Source: an uncultured archaeon
Lineage (GTDB): Archaea > Thermoproteota > Bathyarchaeia > Bathyarchaeales > Bathycorpusculaceae
Assembly: GCA_963810275.1 (NCBI GenBank)
Contig: CAWENF010000002.1
Coordinates: 96,001 to 160,000 of the forward strand
DNA length: 64,000 bases
Reading direction: 5' to 3'
Below are positions 60,068-64,000 of this stretch, one piece after another; position 1 is the first letter of the stretch; every line of letters starts with the position of its first letter. Below the pieces are notes generated by a model, which was not told where the DNA came from, searched no databases, and was given only the letters and a program-made list of their open reading frames with translations. The position numbers and the translations under genes are program-made.

Positions 60068-62461
60068 CTAAGTTTGATGTTTGAATTTACGTACAAGGTA
60101 AACCTTAGCTAAGTCATTTATCAAAAGAGTGGTTACTAAAGCATACCCCAAAGTTGCAAAAACAACCTCCAAACTTAGGGGCGCAAGCTCTAACACTCCT
60201 AAGAAAGAAATAACGATGACAACCAATATCTCCGCTAACAGGGTAATGGTTAGAGCCGAGCTTGGTTTTGACTTCCAGAAATGATTTCGTTCACGAAGTA
60301 TCAGTATAGTAAATATGCCTGCGAAGTTCAAGTAAGCAAATCCAAAAGTGTAGATTTTCCCCATATCACCCATAAGCCCAAAGTAGGATAATGCAGGCAC
60401 AGCAAATATTGCACCTTCAACGGTCATAAGTAAACCCAAAGCGGTCCCTGTAGCAAATAGAGTACGGAAGTTGAATCTATCTGGCTTAAGAGAAGCTCGA
60501 ACGTTGTCTGTCGACATCGACATTGTGGCGAAGTCTGCTAAAAAAAGAATCAACAGAGTGCTGGTCAACGAAAGCATCAAAGAATGCGTAGCAAAAAGCA
60601 TCACAATTAGGAAAAAGCCAATATGCATTTTTCTTGTTACCATCTGCAGTGTCCAACTGTAGACTCGCTGGTAGATAGCGCGGGATGTCTTAATCATGGG
60701 TATTATTCCACTTAGCCCTTCAGTCGTTAAGACCACACTCGCCGAATCTTTAGCTATGTCTGTACCATTTTTTACAGCAATACCCACTTCTGCTTGAGCC
60801 AATGCCGGTGCGTCGTTAACTCCATCGCCAGTCATCCCGACAACGTGCTTGCCATCCTGGAGGGTTCTTACAATATTGAACTTGTCTTCAGGATAGACTT
60901 GAGCTATGCCTTGGCTATTTTCAATCATTGAGTGGAAAGGTGCACTTTGCGTTTCGTGCATACTCGCCATTGTTTTTACATTTACACCCAGACCCACTTG
61001 TAGGGAAATGCTTTTAGCTACATGAATCGAATCGCCCGTCAGCATTTTCACATTGACCCCTAAATCAAGAATTTGTTTTAGTGCCAATGGGGAATCTTCT
61101 CGTATCCTGTCAGCTATACCTACAAGGCCAACTAATTGCAGACTGTCTCTATCCTTACCCTTGGCAACGGCTAGTACTCGTAATCCCTTCTCTGAGAAGT
61201 CTTCGACATTTTTCATTAAATCATTCGATAGATCTTCCTCTATTCTGCAGGCAGTGCACATAGAATTAAGAGAACCCTTTGCAACATGGAACGTTTCACT
61301 TGAGGTGTGGATTAGAGCTTGGGTCATTCTTGTTTTTGGATCAAAAGGAACAAATTCGAATTGAATATGAGAATCAGTGTGTAACTTTGCTCTTGACGCT
61401 GCATCTAGAAATGCCAGATCGATAGGGTCTTGGTTTGCATCCTTGGATGCAAGTGCTCCATAAAACAAAACATCTTCTCTACTAAAGCCATTAAGAGGTT
61501 TACAGTCTTCTAAAAACAATTTATTCATTGTTATTGTGCCAGTTTTATCTACGCATAATACGTCTACAGTAGCTGCATCCTCACTTGCGCTTAGTCGAGT
61601 GACTAGCACTCCTTGCTTTGCAAGCGCCAATGATCCAAGCGCCATGTTAATAGTGAACATTGTTGGCATGGCTACTGGCACAATAGCTATCAATAGAACA
61701 ATTGCAAGGGGTAGGATTATGGCTAGTTCAAAGCCTGTAAGACCAGCGTAAACGAAAACTATTAACAAGCAAGACATCACTATGAGGGCCAGATATCTCG
61801 CTACTTTTAATGCGACTTCTTCCATGTGAAGTTTGGGTTTAGCGAGGTCAAGTAGAGAAATTGTTTTTCCAAAGTAGGTGTTTTTGCCTGTTGCTGTAAC
61901 TATACCTGTAGCTTCACCTCTCTTGATTGAGGATCCCGAAAAAGCTTCTTCGCCTATTGATTTATCTACTATGCCTGATTCGCCGGTTAGAGTTGATTGG
62001 TCTAAACCAATAGTACCTTCGACAATTTTTGTGTCTGCAGCGAGAAGGTCACCTATTCTTATTCTGATGAGGTCGCCTTGAACGAGTTCTCTGGCAGGTA
62101 TTGTTATCCATTGCCCGTCTCTTTTTACTCTGCTGTCGATATGCAACTTTTGCCTTAGTGTAGCCATTGCAGTTTTTGCTTTGCCTTCACGCCACTGGGA
62201 CATAACTGCATTGAAGATAAGGAGCGCTACTATGACGGCTGCTTCGGCATATTTGCCTAAAAGTATTGTTAAAATAATTGTTATCTCAAGCATCCAAGGG
62301 ACTATGCCCCAAAAACGCTTGCCAAGCGTAGCCCAGAAATTAGTGGTTTTTTCTGGAACTTCGTTATATCCATGCTCATCAAGTCTTTTCTTAGCTTCCG
62401 AGGTACTCAAACCATTTTCTAGGCTGGTTTTATCAATAGCAGTTAACTCTTCATGAGTCAA
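60068..62461 (-). CDS. P-type (IIIA) proton-efflux ATPase
   Basis: LTGES, VPVAMP, DKTGTIT, DPID, FDPKTR, MLTGD, MTGDGVNDAPAL. Confidence 0.92.
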   Translation of the reverse strand: MTHEELTAIDKTSLENGLSTSEAKKRLDEHGYNEVPEKTTNFWATLGKRFWGIVPWMLEITIILTILLGKYAEAAVIVALLIFNAVMSQWREGKAKTAMATLRQKLHIDSRVKRDGQWITIPARELVQGDLIRIRIGDLLAADTKIVEGTIGLDQSTLTGESGIVDKSIGEEAFSGSSIKRGEATGIVTATGKNTYFGKTISLLDLAKPKLHMEEVALKVARYLALIVMSCLLIVFVYAGLTGFELAIILPLAIVLLIAIVPVAMPTMFTINMALGSLALAKQGVLVTRLSASEDAATVDVLCVDKTGTITMNKLFLEDCKPLNGFSREDVLFYGALASKDANQDPIDLAFLDAASRAKLHTDSHIQFEFVPFDPKTRMTQALIHTSSETFHVAKGSLNSMCTACRIEEDLSNDLMKNVEDFSEKGLRVLAVAKGKDRDSLQLVGLVGIADRIREDSPLALKQILDLGVNVKMLTGDSIHVAKSISLQVGLGVNVKTMASMHETQSAPFHSMIENSQGIAQVYPEDKFNIVRTLQDGKHVVGMTGDGVNDAPALAQAEVGIAVKNGTDIAKDSASVVLTTEGLSGIIPMIKTSRAIYQRVYSWTLQMVTRKMHIGFFLIVMLFATHSLMLSLTSTLLILFLADFATMSMSTDNVRASLKPDRFNFRTLFATGTALGLLMTVEGAIFAVPALSYFGLMGDMGKIYTFGFAYLNFAGIFTILILRERNHFWKSKPSSALTITLLAEILVVIVISFLGVLELAPLSLEVVFATLGYALVTTLLINDLAKVYLVRKFKHQT

Positions 62462-62652
62462 TTAACTAACCCAAAAAATGAGAAGTTGTGCTCAAGTGAA
62501 GGCCTTTTCAGTTTTTGTATTTAGTGAGTATCGTATGTGTCCAAATATAAGCGTTTTATAAGAAAATGCGTCTTGGACTGTTAGGTGTTCTTGGCAGGGT
62601 GAAACACAATTTTTCGAATTCCAAGCTTAAAAAATGTGAAAAGAAAAAGAGA

Positions 62653-63501
62653 TTAGAGGTTATGTGCAATTACCAAGCGCCAATCAGTGTTGTAGATGCC
62701 TATAGTTGTCCAGTAGGCTTCTTTGTTAACTAAAGGTCTAGAAGGTGAAAGGTCATCAAAGTACGAGTAAGTGCCATATCCTGATTTGGTGTCTAAAACT
62801 TTGTGAATGAAAGTCTGAAGTTCTGTATAGCCTTGATATTCTTCATCGGTGAAGATGTTTTTGCCTTGCTCCTCATTGTTAGCATCGTAAATTAGCGTGC
62901 TGTTACCTTGCAAGGCATAGATAGTATAGATGCCTTGTGCTTGATCTTTCACGATTGGATGAATGAGTTGGTAGGGTTTGAAAACGATGCTCATTGAACC
63001 AATTAATTGTTGGTTGGCATCAAAAACCGGTGAAACCATAACTACCCCGGGAAAGCCTTCAACTAATGATATAAGATTGCTTAGTGCTGGTCGCATTGTT
63101 TTATGCATCTCGACGTATTGCTCTTGGTCCTTTACGTTTTGACCAATTATGTTGTTGTATGTGTTGGGTTGGGCTGCAATTAAAAAGTCATTTTTGTCTG
63201 CTGTTGCGGCACTTACGATTATCTCTGAGTTTTCTGTGTAGATGTCATTTAAGATTTCGTCGGCTCCTGAACCTGTTAAGCCTGTCGTAGATAACTTTTG
63301 GCAGGCATCTGCTAGGAGTCCATCTAGTCTTAGCAGTTCAGCGTTGATACTTGCTTGTGAATTAATGAGGATGGAGCCCATTTCTTCTTTTTTGCTTTGT
63401 TCTGAAACAGAGAGAGTTGTTGTCCATTGGTAGGCGTTTAATGCCAATGATATACTCATGATAACGATTAGAATTGCAATCAATATCTTAGTTTTAGTCA
63501 T
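62653..63501 (-). CDS. Membrane-anchored Cache-domain protein (no output domain)
   Basis: N-terminal TM; LVEGFPGVVMVSPVF, SGYGTY, KEAYWTT..TDWRLVI. Confidence 0.75.
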   Translation of the reverse strand: MTKTKILIAILIVIMSISLALNAYQWTTTLSVSEQSKKEEMGSILINSQASINAELLRLDGLLADACQKLSTTGLTGSGADEILNDIYTENSEIIVSAATADKNDFLIAAQPNTYNNIIGQNVKDQEQYVEMHKTMRPALSNLISLVEGFPGVVMVSPVFDANQQLIGSMSIVFKPYQLIHPIVKDQAQGIYTIYALQGNSTLIYDANNEEQGKNIFTDEEYQGYTELQTFIHKVLDTKSGYGTYSYFDDLSPSRPLVNKEAYWTTIGIYNTDWRLVIAHNL

Positions 63502-63592
63502 AGATTATCGCTGATTCCTTTGTTTAGGTTAGGTTTTAAGCCTTGTGATATCGTGTTTTTTCTTGTACATGATTCGATAAACTGGTTTTCGG

Positions 63593-64000
63593 TTATTTTG
63601 CGATGGTAAGTAAATGAGCTACCAGTTCTTTTGGGGCAGATAAGAATGGCGAGTGACTAGTGTTTAAAGAAAGGACTTTTTGGCAAGGAAAAGCGGTGTA
63701 CATCTTTTTTTGCATAGAAAGTGATATTGCCCTATCCTGTAGGCATTGAATGTAAACCCTTGGTATCCGTCCAAAGTTTTCTTGAGTGATATGCATAGGC
63801 GTTGCCAGGGGAGCTATGGCTTGAGAGCAAAGAAGTGACTTAGCCATGGAGATGTCTTTTGCTGAGCAATCTGCATAAAAGTTCGCTTTAACGCCTTCTG
63901 GTTTAATGACTGCAAAGGTTTTATCATCGGAATAGATTGTGTTATTGGGTGTTAGAGATTCTGGATCTTGGTCGCGTAACATTAAGCGTGATTGACCATT
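63593..64000 (-). CDS. Alpha/beta hydrolase (methylesterase-like), 5'-truncated
   Basis: IPRVYIQCLQDRAI and TSHSPFLSAP catalytic Asp/His motifs. Confidence 0.8.
   Translation of the reverse strand, partial: NGQSRLMLRDQDPESLTPNNTIYSDDKTFAVIKPEGVKANFYADCSAKDISMAKSLLCSQAIAPLATPMHITQENFGRIPRVYIQCLQDRAISLSMQKKMYTAFPCQKVLSLNTSHSPFLSAPKELVAHLLTIAK

Noticed and set aside
33300-60070. attL/attR direct repeats and an integrase bounding a provirus
   Set aside because: No tyrosine or serine recombinase ORF and no convincing direct repeat were found; short repeats could have been missed without computation
406-63433. Numerous antisense or nested ORFs in the track (e.g. 995-1327, 12196-12549, 47465-47899, 61053-61364)
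   Set aside because: They are shadows of well-supported genes on the opposite strand or in another frame
1-64000. CRISPR array, tRNA or rRNA genes
   Set aside because: No regularly spaced direct repeats, cloverleaf/TΨC patterns or rRNA-like tracts were recognised by eye

Overview
Archaeal chromosomal DNA, most consistent with Bathyarchaeia. This is inferred from the eukaryote-type ribosomal and translation genes, an L31e with an acidic N-terminal extension, and large membrane-anchored PQQ-like beta-propeller surface proteins. 1-7.6 kb holds polysaccharide genes (UDP-sugar dehydrogenase, hyaluronan-synthase/NodC-like GT2, flippase, rmlACBD). 7.6-24.6 kb holds the conserved rpp21-yhbY / rps19e-PDCD5-rpl39e-rpl31e-eIF6-rplX-pfdA-ftsY cluster, apparently split by an inversion, plus a bacterial-type RsbU/RsbW/RsbV partner-switching module and flavin oxidoreductases. 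25-46 kb is accessory: two beta-propeller paralogs, a PAS/GAF kinase, C2H2 mini-proteins, a membrane-anchored TIR, an isolated terminase pair, a wHTH-PLD nuclease, superoxide reductase, and a two-copy structured non-coding element. 46.6-60 kb is a compact HK97-type head-tail morphogenesis operon. It has an unusual gene order (portal after the capsid gene), a very short tape measure, neck proteins carrying extra domains, a -1 slippery site in the tail chaperone and a terminal ABC-ATPase/GNAT gene. No integrase or replication gene is visible, so it is either a provirus remnant or a gene-transfer-agent-like system. More than a dozen single-base frameshifts affect host and viral genes alike and are most likely sequencing indels. 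All protein calls come from motif recognition by eye; no database search was run.
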